Shown here one piece after another: positions 1 to 11,590 of a DNA stretch of 64,000 nucleotides. The notes beneath the pieces were generated by a model, which was not told where the DNA came from, ran no database searches, and saw only the letters and a program-made list of their open reading frames with translations. Where the stretch lies: NCBI RefSeq assembly GCF_046119375.1, contig NW_027362761.1, forward strand, positions 69,378,001-69,442,000, read 5' to 3'. Position numbers and translations under genes: made by a program. The stretch is from Phyllobates terribilis (Eukaryota). How positions within the stretch are numbered: the stretch's first letter is position 1; each line of letters opens with the position of its first letter.

Positions 1-1298
1 GTATATAGCTCAGCAGCTTCCTTCTATCCCTGCCTGAGCATAGTGTTTTCCTTCAGTGTGTGCTTGCACTCTGAAGGAGCCAGGTCCCGTCTTTGTTTCC
101 TTGTCTGCCTTTCCTGGAGGCTGTATTTCCAGGCCTGTCTGAACTGAGTCCTGTATTTCTCCTGCTTTGCGGTATTAGTTCCCGTGTCTGAACTAAGTCC
201 TGTATGTCTCCTGCTTTTTGTATCAGTTCCCGTGTCTGAACTGAGTCCTGTATGTCTCCTGCTTTTTGTATCAGTTCCCGTGTCTGAACTGAGTCCTGTA
301 TGTCTCCTGCTTTGCGGTATCAGCTCTCGTGTCTGAACTGTGTCCTGTATGTCTCCTGCTTTGCGGTATTAGTTCCCGTGTCTGAACTAAGTCCTGTATG
401 TCTCCTGCTTTGCGGTATTAGTTCCCGTGTCTGAACTGAGTCCTTTCTGTGTTCTCTTGTCTGTCCTGTCTGAACTCGCTCCTTGCCTGTTCGTTCCGCC
501 TTCTAGTGGCCGATTTCCTAGACCCGCTCCTGTTTCTGGTCTGTCCTGTCTGAACACGCTCCTTGCCTGTTCGTTCCGCCTCTCTGGGGGCCGTATTCCC
601 AGACCCGCTCCTGTATCCCGCTGCAGTGTCGGTCTCCTCCGTACACTCAGTTCCAGTCTGAACACTCTCCTGTCCTTTACCTGTTTTGCCTCTATGTCCG
701 TTCCCTTCCTTTTTCTGCAGAGTCTGAACTCGTACCTAACTCCTGCTTGTTTTCTCTGCAAGTACTGTGTGAGTATCTGGCTCTGTCTTTCCCTTCCTGT
801 CTGTTCCGTGTGAACAGAGCCCTGTCCTCCCTGCTCAGCCTTGTTTGCACTCTAGCAGTGCTTGCCTGTAACCCTCTACCTGTATTGTTCCTGAGTCCTG
901 GTGTGTACTGGGTTCTATCCCGCCTGTGTTCCTACCTGCTAGTGCCTCCCTGTCTGCACTCTAGCTGTGCTTGCCTTTACCCCCCTGCCTGCATACCCGC
1001 CTGCCTGCATACCAGTCGTGCCTGCCTATACCCACCAGTCTGTGTGCCAGCCTACCAGCCTGTTCCTGTATTCCCCTGTGTGGGTCAACAGCCGTGTCCG
1101 GGGTCTGTCCTGGAGTAGCACCTGGTCCCTCTGCTCGGTTCCTCCTTGGTGCACTGGCGTCGTATGCCGTCGTGCGACCCTGGTCGGATCGGGTGAATAC
1201 TTAGTCACGCCCCTCCAGGCATTCACTCTCCGGCACGGTCCAGTGGAATCACTACCAATCACACGCACACGCCGCTTAGCCCGGGCGTGTGCATAACA
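1..1298 (+). mobile_element. 3' part of an LTR (same family as 5980-7548, opposite orientation); left end lies outside the window
   Basis: About 1040-1298 is the reverse complement of 5980-6240. Ends ...GTGTGCATAACA at 1298. Confidence 0.8.
137..445. repeat. 48-49 bp minisatellite, about 6 copies, inside the LTR
   Basis: Unit GTCTGAACTGAGTCCTGTATGTCTCCTGCTTTGCGGTATTAGTTCCCGT starts at 137, 186, 234, 282, 331, 380 and 429. Confidence 0.95.
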
Positions 1299-1870
1299 GC
1301 GGCGCTCCCAGGTGAATGGGCAGACAGACGAGGCAGGTAACAGGTGGGTGCTCCCAGGTGAGCGGCCAGACAGACGAGGCAGGTAACTGGCAGGTAACTG
1401 GTGGGCACTCCCAGGTGAGCGGTCTGACAGACAAGGCAGGCGGATGCTCCCAGGTGAGCGGACAGATAGCCAAGGCAGGTAACCGGCAGGTAACAGGTGA
1501 GAGCTCCAGGTGAGCAGGCTGGCAGGTAACGGGCAGATAATAGGCTGGCAGGCAGGACGAGAAGTCAGGCTAGCAGCGGGACCTGAGGGCTGAAGCACAG
1601 ATCAGACACAGTGCAAACAACTTTGCTCGGGCACCTCCATTTTGGAGGAGGTGCCTTATATATGGGAGGTCCTCCGGCAATTGGCCAGGGACTCCTTAGG
1701 ACGGCGCGCGCGGTCCATTTAAGAGAGGGGGAGCGCGCGCGCGCGCCCTAAGCACACAGCCGGGGAAGGAGCGCGTGCCGGAAGCAGCGGGGAGAGAAGC
1801 GCTAGAGGATGCCACGCCAGGAGCGGGGAGGTTAGAGGGCCCCTTGCTAGGCAGAGACGCCGATGCTACA
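1299..1870 (-). mobile_element. Part of a second, related LTR. It hosts the 1-1298 LTR and is itself inserted in the Gypsy 5' LTR.
   Basis: Ends ...GATGCTACA at 1870, exactly where Gypsy LTR homology resumes. Shares the GCTC(A/G)GGCACCTCC / TATA / CCAAT block with 7285-7350. Internal CAGGTGAGCGG..CAGAC repeats. Confidence 0.65.
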
Positions 1871-2234
1871 TGTGCCTTTGCATTAGAACTGTGATGTCCT
1901 GTATTACTGGGAAGACTGTGAACTGCTGTGCTGCTAAGGAAACTGTACTGTTTGTCACTGGAGCCTGTTGCTCATAAGACTTAGCTTGCACTGGCTGTGC
2001 AGCTTTTTATTAAATGCTACTGTTCTACCATTTATGAGGACTCTTGTCAAGTGTGTTTGGTCAGCAGGTGAAACAACCTAAGTGTCTGTGCCTGAGGGTC
2101 AATACCCCTGTGTGCCTGAGAGAAGCTGCAGCATATGGTCTATGGTCACCCTGAGTAACAGTTCCCTCATGATTGAAAAGAATTGATGTAACCTGTCTCG
2201 CCCCTATCTGAACCTAGCGGCGTGCATGTAACAT

Positions 2235-2252
2235 TGGTGGCCCATACGGGGA
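2235..2252 (+). promoter_or_regulatory. Primer binding site, tRNA-Ile(AAT)
   Basis: TGGTGGCCCATACGGGGA lies 1 nt after the LTR end. One mismatch to the complement of the recalled tRNA-Ile(AAT) 3' end (TGGTGGCCCGTACGGGGA). Confidence 0.8.
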
Positions 2253-2386
2253 ATCCTGATCGGGAATTAGCGTGTAGAGGGAGAAGAGTAAAAGTGTCTG
2301 GAAAAACACACCAGCACAGCACCTCAACTGAACTCTGTTACACAAGATAAAGGGGACCATCCCTAAAGAAAAACTCACTAGCAGCA

Positions 2387-3760
2387 ATGGATATGGAGAT
2401 ACAAATGGACAGAATTAATGAGCTACTTCTTCAGTTAACCTGTGAAGAATTGAGAACAGTAGCAGAACATATAAAGATGTCAGTAGAACAGATTTCAAAA
2501 GCACACCACCGCAGGCAACTGTTAGCTGCCATTAATGCAAAAATGGATGAGCTGGGGAAGAAAGAGACTGAAGACGTCATAGGGACATTCCTCCAGGAAC
2601 TAAGACAGTTTCTAACCAGGTTGAAGTTGGAGGATGGAGGGTCGGCACCAATTACCAAAAGCGGGAATCTCCGTCCACAGACTGAACTACAGGAATTGAA
2701 AGAACAATTCAAAGCCCTAAAAACAGCCCTGCAAGAATCCACCAAAACCTCTGAACGGGTGATAGACTCAGACAGGACCTTTATCCTGCTTGGGTTAGAT
2801 AAATCAGGGAGACCGTCCTCTCTAACACCACAAATCACCACGAGGAAAGAATTCAAGATCCTGGGACAGATTGTAGAGTGTGAACAGAAAGAGAGACTGT
2901 CTTATAGGAACTTGTTGCACCAGATCGATGAAGGCTTACAGAAAGGCTAAAAGCCAGATGAGGTCATTGAGGGGGTGGTGAAAGCGATCAGCCCAGGACT
3001 GAACCTCCGTAGTATGCTAGAAATGAAAAGTCAATTGACCTTGCAACAGCTGAAGATGACTTTAAAAGGCCACTATAAAGAAGAGAGTACTTCAGAATTG
3101 TTCCTCCAACTCATTAACCTCTCACAGAAAAATAATGAATCACCCCAAAATTTCTTGTTCAGAGCAATTGAACTGAAGGATAGACTGTTTGCATCCAGAG
3201 ATGTAGAAGCGGAAGAGGAGTTTGATGGTGGACTAGTCCAGAGGAAGTTCTTGATATCATTGGGAACGGGATTAATCAGCAAAGATATTAAGTTGCAGCT
3301 GAAACAGTACCTAGAAGATCCTGGCATTTTGGACAAAGTCCTAATTGAAAAAATGAATGAGGCCGCTAGTTTGGAGTCAGAGAGCGAATAGAAGTTAAAG
3401 AAAAGCTCTGCTCCTAAAATCACCAAAATGAGTCAGCTGAAGTTGGAGACCCCCGGAGGCCAGTCCGAAGATCATCATAGAGACCCTCCAGTGCCACCTC
3501 CGAGAGGGAACCTTAAATCACCAACAAAAGAGAGGCCTGCCAGTGCTGACTGGGAGTAAGTAATAGGAGAACTGCGAGCCGAATTGATTGAGGTGAAAAA
3601 GTTGATTCGTTCCAGAACCAGTATCCCTCAGACCCAGGAGTGGGTTCCAAAACAGAAGATACCCGGCTTGTGAAGCGTGCCATTCATCAAATCAGAGTAC
3701 GGTGTGTGTCCACTTTCTAAGATGTGGTGAGGAAGGACATTATGCCAAGGAATGCCAATG
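2387..3760 (+). pseudogene. Gypsy gag with in-frame stops and a degenerate CCHC knuckle
   Basis: ORFs 2387-2950 and 2975-3391 are in the same frame. KEFKILGQI motif. Knuckle reads (F)[13 protein letters not shown] near 3715-3755. Confidence 0.8.
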
Positions 3761-5979
3761 GTCACGGTTGTTTGGGTTAAAAGACAGGAGGAGGTTAACA
3801 GTGCGGGGCAACTGGTAACCGCGACACGGAAGAGGCCCCAGAAGCAAATCCAAATCTCACCAAACCCCGAAACGGCACATGAGGTAAAACGGCTGCGTCA
3901 GTACTATCCCCAAGTGTGTTCCCGTCTACAACAGCTGCAAGGGAGACAGAAGCATCAGTTACTTAATGCCCAGTGCAGAGGTCAAACGATGTACTCCTGG
4001 GAGGAGGAGGATTCCTCAGTCAGTAAAGATAGCCTAATCGGTGAAAGGTGCTTTATACAGTGCCAGCTAGATGGACTCCTAGTAAAAGCACTGTGGGACA
4101 CAGGATCCCAAGCGAGCCTTTTAAATGAAGAATGGAGAAGGTGCTACCTGCCACACACTTGCCTTCGGTCACTAAAAGAACTCTTGGGACCAGTGGAACT
4201 CCACGGCAAAGCCGTCAAACAGACCAAAATCCCTTTCATAGGCTGGGTGGAAATGTCTTTCCAACTCAGGGCCACGAAGAACAGCAACACCATTGAGCTT
4301 TTGGTACCTTTTCTCATGACCAGTGATCAGAATATGGCAGAGGATCCTATCCTGGGTTATAATGTAATCAGTGAGGTCATCACAAAACACAAGACAAGGG
4401 CATTGGTGGTGGATGCAATCGCCACATCGCTCGCCATACCCAACGCCATGGCAGAAAACGTGATTCATAGAGTAAAGAAAGCACAGAATACAATGGACCT
4501 AAAAGAAGTCAAAGTAGGCTGGCGCCCAACCATCATCCCTGCAAATCAATTGGTGGGGGTGAGGTGTGGAGTCCGGGTAGAACCGGGAAGAAAAGTCCAG
4601 AAAAGCCTGTTTGTGCCAAAAGACTCCTCAGAACTTCCAGAAGGCCTAGTTCAAGGTGAGACTGTGCTTACGATTCCTACTGGTGGGTTTGCTCGAGTGA
4701 CAGTAGCGGTGATGAATACTACGAAACACAAAATTACACTGGATCCAAAGACTGTGTTAGGTCACATCGAAACCGTTAAAACGGTATTTCCAGCCAATGG
4801 GAGACCAGCCCAGGGGTCTACAGTGAATTCAGTCTCCCCACCAAGGAACAGGAGTTGCCCACGGGAGGAAATTGCGCAACCCACATCGGGGTCCTGGAAT
4901 CCCCCAGAACCCCTGGAACACTTGTGTGCTGAAGATCTAGCAGTAGCAAAACAGATGCTGAAAGAAGAGTGTCATGCGTTCTCCAAAGATGATTCTGATA
5001 TAGGCTGTATCCCATCGTTGCATTTGAAAATCAATTTGAAAGACACGACCCCAGTAACCAGAAGTTACATGTCTATGCCAAAACCATTACATCGTGAAGT
5101 GAAAGAATATTTACAAGATCTCATCAACAGAGGTTGGGTCCAAAAGTCAAAGTCATCTTATTCCTCTCCTATTGTCTGTGTTAGGAAGAAGGATGGTACG
5201 TTGAGACTCTGTTGTGATTACCGGGAACTAAACCGAAAGTCAGTACCTGATCGACACCCGATACGAAAGATCCAAGATATGCTGGATAGCCTATCAGGAA
5301 GCACCTGGTTCTCTGTCCTCAATCAGGGTAAGGTATACCACCAAGGGTTTGTCGAAGAGTCCAGTAGACCCTTGACAGCATTCATCACACCGTGGGGATT
5401 ATATGAGTGGATCCACATACTGTTTGGGCTCAGTTCAGCTCCAGCAGAATTCCAGAGGAGCATGGAGACATGTTTAGAAGGATTGAGGGATGATATCTGC
5501 CAGCCATACTTGGATGACAATGTGGTACACAGCAAAACCTTCTGGGAGCATGTTGAACACGTGAGGACCGTATTACAACGGTATCAGCAACACGGAGTTA
5601 AGTTGACCCCAAAGAAGTGTGAACTGTTCAAAAGACAAATCCGATTTCTAGGGAAAATTGTGTCTGGAGAAGGATATACCATGGACCCAGCAGAAATCAC
5701 TCCGGTACTGGCCTTAAAAGACAAGCGGCCCTCTACTGTCAGGGAGTTGAGGCAGATATTAGGATTCCTCTCCTACTATCGTACTTACATTCGGAACTTC
5801 TCCAGGATTGCCGCCAGACTATACCTCCTCTTTGGGGGGGGGACAAAGACAACAACACCCACGGAGAAAAAGAAGAACGCAGGTAGGACCGGGCTTAAAA
5901 GAAACAACGCCGTTTCGTCCCAACAGCCCATTCTCTGGACAGCAGACCACCAGGAGGTATTGAAAGAACTAGTAGACTA
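3752..5979 (+). pseudogene. Gypsy pol, protease and reverse transcriptase part
   Basis: [10 protein letters not shown] protease motif. RT motifs [23 protein letters not shown] and YLDD. First catalytic Asp reads N (FSVLNQGK). Confidence 0.93.
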
Positions 5980-7548
5980 TATTACGCACACGCCCGGACT
6001 GACTGGCGTGAGCGTGGTTAGTGATCCTACTGGACCATGAACCGAGGAGTGCCTGTAGGGGCGTGACTAAGTATCAACTCGGTCCGACCAAGGTCGCATG
6101 GCGGCTCAGTCGACTCCGTGAACCAGGGAGGAACCGAGCAGAGGGACCAGGTGCTACTCCAGGTCAGACCCCGGTCACAGCTGTTGACCCACACCGGGGA
6201 ATGCAGGAGCGGGCAGGCACAGCTGGTATGCAGACGGGTGGGTACTGGCAGGCACGGCTGGTATGCAGACAGGCAGGTACTGGCAGGCACGGCTGGTATG
6301 CAGACAGGCGGATGCTGACAGGCACGGCTGGTATGCAGACTGGCAGATACTGGCAGGTAGGAACGCAGGCTGGATAGGGACCAGTACAGACTGGGATACA
6401 GGAACAGAGCCGTGGGTGCGGTGGACAAGCAGAGCAGAGCGAAACCGCAGGTGCGGTGGACAAGCAGAGCGAAACCGCAGGTGCGGTGGACAAGCAGAGC
6501 AGAGCGAAACCGCAGGTGCGGTGAACAAGCAGAGCAGAGCGAAACCGCAGATGCGGTGGACAAGCAGAGCAGAGCGAAACCGCAGATGCGGTGGACAAGC
6601 AGAGCAGAGCGAAACCGCAGGTGCGGTGGACAAGCAGAGCAGAGTGAAACCGCAGGTGCGGTGGACAAGCAGAACAGAGCGAAACCGCAGGTACGGTGGA
6701 CAAGCAGAGCAGAGCGAAACCGCAGGTGCGGTGAACAAGCAGAGCAGAACAGAGCAGAAGGTGCAGGCAGACACGACAGGGCTCTGTTCACATGGAACAG
6801 ACTGGAAAATACAGGAATATAGTTAGAACACAGGAGGTAGATACAGAGGCAGGGAAACGGGACAAGCAGAACCAGATACACACAAGGTACTTACAATTAA
6901 GTAGCGAGTGGACACAAAACTCACAAACAGAAGTACAGAGACAATGAGTTGGAGTTAGGTGCAGGTACAGACACTGCAGAAAAAGGGCAGGTACGGACAT
7001 AGAGACAAACAGGTAACGGGCTAGGACACAGTTCAGACAGGAACTGAACCCGGAACAAGATACAGGAAAGAGCCTGGGAACTCAGCCCCCAGGGTGGCGG
7101 AAACAGACTAGAAGTCACAGATACAGATAGCGGGCCTGGGTATACGGCCCCGAGGGTGGCAGAACAGACTAGAAGTCACAGATACAAATAACAGGCCTGG
7201 GTATACAGCCCCCCGGGTGGCGGAAACAGACTAGATACAGGACAGGACCTGGCAACTCGGTTGCACAGAACACACTGAAAGAAAATGTTGCTCAGGCACC
7301 TCCTACTAGGTGGAGGGGGTTTAAGCATCCAGTGACTCACAGCAATAGGCTGCGGACGCATTAGGAGTGCACACACAGTAACTATAAGAATCAGGCAGTA
7401 ACCGCGACGCCGCCCTAAGCAATCAGACAAGAGACATGCACACAGCTGTTACTGGAGCAAAGTGTGCAGCCTGGACTGATAGGTAAGATGGTGGTCTTGC
7501 ATGGTGGGAGGTGGTAAGCCATGCCAGCACACTGCCAGGGATGTTACA
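5980..7548 (-). mobile_element. Solo LTR (1569 bp) inserted in Gypsy pol, 5 bp TSD GACTA
   Basis: GACTA at 5975-5979 and 7549-7553. Termini TA(TG).../...TGTTACA. Excision restores pol ELVDYLVKPPILG. Confidence 0.92.
6415..6750. repeat. 35 bp minisatellite (about 10 copies) inside the solo LTR
   Basis: Unit GCGGTGGACAAGCAGAGCAGAGCGAAACCGCAGGT. Explains the repetitive ORFs at 6027-6881. Confidence 0.93.
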
Positions 7549-9045
7549 GACTACCTGGTAAAACCACCCATCTTGGGATATTCTGATTTCAATTTACCAT
7601 TTGTTCTACATTTTGATGCTTCTCAAGTTGGACTGGGAGCTGCCCTGTATCAGCATCAAGATGGAAAAATGAGAGTCATCGGTTACGGTTCTAGAACGTT
7701 GACAGACGCCGAGAAAAATTACCATCTACATTCCGGAAAATTGGAGTTCCTGGCATTGAAATGGGCTATCTGTGAATGATTTAGAGATTATCTCTACTAC
7801 AGCAAAGAGTTTGAGGTGTACACTGACAACAATGTCCTTACTACAGGCAAACTGAATGCAACGGGTCAGAGATGGGTCGCTGAACTAGCTGACTTCAATT
7901 TCAGCATCAAGTACAGGCCAGGAAAATGCAAAGTGGATGCTGACAGATTGTCAAGAATGCCACTAGAGCCTGAGGAGTTCATGCAAGAATGCTCGGAGGA
8001 AGTCAGTCTGGAAGCAATTGAGAGCAGTACCCAAGCAGTTCAAGCTTATCAGGGGGAAGACACACCATTGTGGTGTCCGTTGACAGTGGAAACCACCATA
8101 AAAGCGAGAGAACAAGATTACCCCTGGTCTATTCAACAACTACCAAAAGGGAAAATCGATAGAGCACAACGGGAAGATCAGATAATTGGTAGAATGCTAC
8201 TTTATGTGGACCAAAATTGGTTTCCAAGTAAACTGGAGAGAGACAATGAGTCACCAGCAGTATCTGTTTTAATTAAAGAATGGACGAAGCTCTACCTGAG
8301 TGAAGACGGTATCCTGTATCGTACAGGAGGACAAAATCGGCAATTGGTACTACCCAGAGTATTCCGTAGGTTGGTCTTCAAAGAACTCCATGAAAACATG
8401 GGACACCTGGGAGCGGAAAGGACAACAAATTTGATCCGTGAATGTTTCTTCCGGCCGTACATGCAGAGAGATATTGAGAGGTACGTGACCTGGGCACCAA
8501 TGGGCAACATCCAAACTACGTATCCGTTTGAGATGGTCTCAATAGACTTTCTACATCTCAAGACGTGCAAGGGTGGTTACGAATACATATTGGTGGTGAT
8601 GGACCATTTCACTCGATTTGCTCAAGCATTGAGGCTTGGGTTCCCTACGATGTTACACCACAACCAAGAGAATTTGAGAACCAGCTGTTTGCCAAGCTAG
8701 GAAAGTACTGTAGAATTCAGAGATCCCATACAACGCCCTATCACCCAGAGGGTAATGGACAAGTGGAACGTTTTAACCGGACATTATTGTCAATGTTGCG
8801 CACTTTAACAGCTGATAAGAATAAAGACTGGAAGAGTTATCTGTAAAAAGTGGTACATGCCTATAACTGTATAAAGAGTGATGTAACGGGTTACTCACCC
8901 TTTTTCCTATTGTATGGACGATCGCCAAGACTGCCAATCGACATCATGTTCAATACTCCGGTGTCAGAGACTTACAGAACATATCCGGAGTAGTCCATCG
9001 GAATTTACTGCTACCCTGTGATTATCTCCCACCACAACAAGACTT
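7549..9045 (+). pseudogene. Gypsy pol, RNase H and deleted integrase
   Basis: LPFVLHFDASQVGLGAALYQ and KLEFLALKWA (RNase H). HENMGHLG zinc finger lacks CxxC. Integrase motifs SIDFLHL and [12 protein letters not shown], then deletions. VHRNLLLPCDYLP near 8990-9030. Confidence 0.9.
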
Positions 9046-9054
9046 CCCAGAAGC

Positions 9055-9822
9055 AAAAAAGAAGCAAGACAAAAATATATCTCATACCCTACCATAATTA
9101 TATATAAATGTAAAGCAAAGTTGCATAATAAATATAGGGTACTTAGTGAACTATTTTTGATCAAAAAAAGTATACAAGCCGTCCCACCAGCGGCAAGGTG
9201 ACCCTAAATTGGGACGGTACCTATACTGCCTATATTAAAAACCTTACTGTATATCAAAGTTGAAGTAATGCATATAAAAGGGTAGACAAATAGGACCGGG
9301 TCCCAACTCCAGACCACCTAGGCCCGTGGTAAGCTACATATATACCAATCAGCTCAACAAAGGGCATGCCACACCCTTAAATTGCACAGAATGCAAACAA
9401 GTCAAAAAACCAGACAATGTGAACTGAGGTCTAAGATGGCAGACATACAAGAAACAGAGGCATGTTCACACTAGCAAAAAAGAAGCAAGACAAAAATATA
9501 TCTCATACCCTACCATAATTATATATAAATATAAAGCAAAATTGCATAATAAATATAGGGTACTTAGTGAACTATTTTTGATCAAAAAAAGTATACAAGC
9601 CGTCCCACCAGCGGCAAGGTGACCCTAAATTGGGACGGTACCTATACTGCCTATATTAAAAACCTTACTGTATATCAAAGTTGAAGTAATGCATATAAAA
9701 GGGTAGACAAATAGGACCGGGTCCCAACTCCAGACCACCTAGGCCCGTGGTAAGCTACATATATACCAATCAGCTCAACAAAGGGCATGCCACACCCTTA
9801 AATTGCACAGAATGCAAACAAG
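9055..9822. mobile_element. Unclassified 768 bp insertion: about 350 bp direct repeat x2 with 69 bp spacer, 9 bp TSD TCCCAGAAG
   Basis: TCCCAGAAG at 9046-9054 and 9823-9831. 9053-9403 recurs at 9473-9824 with only a few differences. Confidence 0.8.
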
Positions 9823-9831
9823 TCCCAGAAG

Positions 9832-10460
9832 TAGACCGACATCGTCCGAGATTGACTAAGGGACCACTACAGACTGAAGCTCCGGTGGTGGATAGTGACC
9901 TTGAAAGTTCTGATGGAGGAGAACACATCGTTGTATTTCTCGGACCGGCAAGGAGAAGGATGTACCATCCTCAGGAGAGTGAACTAAGTCCTGAGGCTTC
10001 AGAGTTCATACCAAGGAGTACAGATGAAGTCCAATTCAGATCTGATGATCGAACACCGGCCCCTGAAGAGACCGATCAACACTCAGGAGGAGCAGAATTA
10101 CCAGACCGAGCGGAAACAAGCGACTCAGGAGAAGTACAGGAACTTACAGAGGCAGTTCCAAGAGCATCTGAGGAAGCACGGGAAATGAGTGCGGCGGAAG
10201 AAACTTCTGGGACCGAAGAACCCGTGGTCTTTGTGGAACAACCCACCAGGAGGATGTCGACTCGAGAAGTGAGGAGGCCCGTGATGCTGACGTATGAGAC
10301 ACTTGGTGAACCAAGTCAAGCGCCAAGGACTGTTGACTGGAAACAGGTATCTCTGTCTGTGGACCAGCTAAGCCCACTTGAGTGGTATTCACCACCGAGA
10401 GGCAGTATGGAAGATGTTGCCTACTGGAAAGACTTGTTTTCATGCTTTGATTTTCATTAA
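9832..10460 (+). pseudogene. Gypsy pol acidic C-terminal tail
   Basis: ORF 9747-10460 contains RRMSTREVRRPVMLTYETLG, a typical terminal motif of this Gypsy clade. Confidence 0.7.
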
Positions 10461-10744
10461 AAGACTTTGTAGAAACAAAGAACTGTTAAAGCATAGAGAG
10501 AGAGAGCTGGTTGAAGACGTACGAAAAGCTCTAGCTGAAGAGATGCTGATTGTTTTACCTGTGTTAATTGTTTTTCTTACAGGCATCCTACAAGAAAAAG
10601 GTCGTACGATTAGGTTGTTATCAATGTTTATGAACATTATACCAATTTCACAATGCCAATTTGTATATAAAGTTATCCAACTTTCACCACTGTCTCAGAA
10701 TTGGTTAGATTGACCAATTAAGACGAATGTTGAGGACAACATTC

Positions 10745-10760
10745 AAAAAGGAGGGAAGAG
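10745..10760 (+). promoter_or_regulatory. Polypurine tract
   Basis: AAAAAGGAGGGAAGAG directly before the LTR start TGTGACA. Confidence 0.9.
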
Positions 10761-11590
10761 TGTGACATGCAGAAATAGTGCTGTTCCAGAGTGTGACATG
10801 CAGAAGTAGTGCTGTTGCTTTAAAAGCATTCAGCAACTATTAGAAGTAGCACAAGCACATAAGACAGGGAGTGTTGTGCTCCAGAAGCATCCAGCAACTA
10901 GAGGGGTTAACATAGTCACAGGAGAAGGGGAGTGTTTTAGCAGAGCCCCAGGGGGATTGTGGGGAAGTTGTTTACTGTCTGGCTGGAGCTGAAGAGAAAG
11001 GTAGTGTGAGTTCTGTATCTCACAGGAGCGCCCCTCTGAGTGAAAAGGATTCAAGTCAGGAGTGAAGCTAAGCACAGGTCAGGTAGAGTTCCTGGACGAG
11101 CAGTGCAGAGTATTGTCAGGCATAAAGATAAGGATTGGAAGAAATGGTGCCACAGGGATCATCTCCCTCAGCAAACCCTCCCCCCTCCTCCATCTCGCTG
11201 TGCTGTAAAGAATGCTGTGTTCATTAATGTGCCTTTGCATTAGAACTGTGCTGTCCTGTACTACTGGGAAGACTGTGAACTGCTGTGCTGCTAAGGAAAC
11301 TGTACTGTTTGTCACTGGAGCCTGTTGCTCATAAGACTTAACTTGCACTGGCTGTGTGGCTTTTTATTAAATGCTACTGTTCTACCATTTATGAGGACTC
11401 TTGTCAAGTGTGTCTGGTCAGCAGGTGAAACAACCTAAGTGTCTGTGCCTGAGGGACAATACCCCTGTGTCCCTGAGAGAAGCTGCAGCATGTGGTCTAT
11501 GGTCGCCCTGAGTAACGGTTCCCCCAGGATTCCAAAGAATTGATGTAACCTGTCTCGCCCCTATCTGAACCTTGCGGCGTGCGTGTAACA
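10761..11590 (+). repeat. Gypsy 3' LTR (830 bp)
   Basis: TGTGACA...TGTAACA termini. Its last ~360 bp match 1871-2233. Confidence 0.93.

Larger units (their letters stand above)
1871..11590 (+). mobile_element. Gypsy/Ty3 LTR retrotransposon (defective): LTR-PBS-gag-pol(PR-RT-RH-IN)-PPT-LTR
   Basis: 1871-2233 matches 11228-11590. PBS, PPT and Gypsy domain order are present. Inserted in a Tc1 transposase. Confidence 0.95.

Noticed and set aside
6027-6881. Cys/Ala-rich and Arg-rich ORFs on both strands
   Set aside because: Translations of the 35 bp array in a solo LTR.
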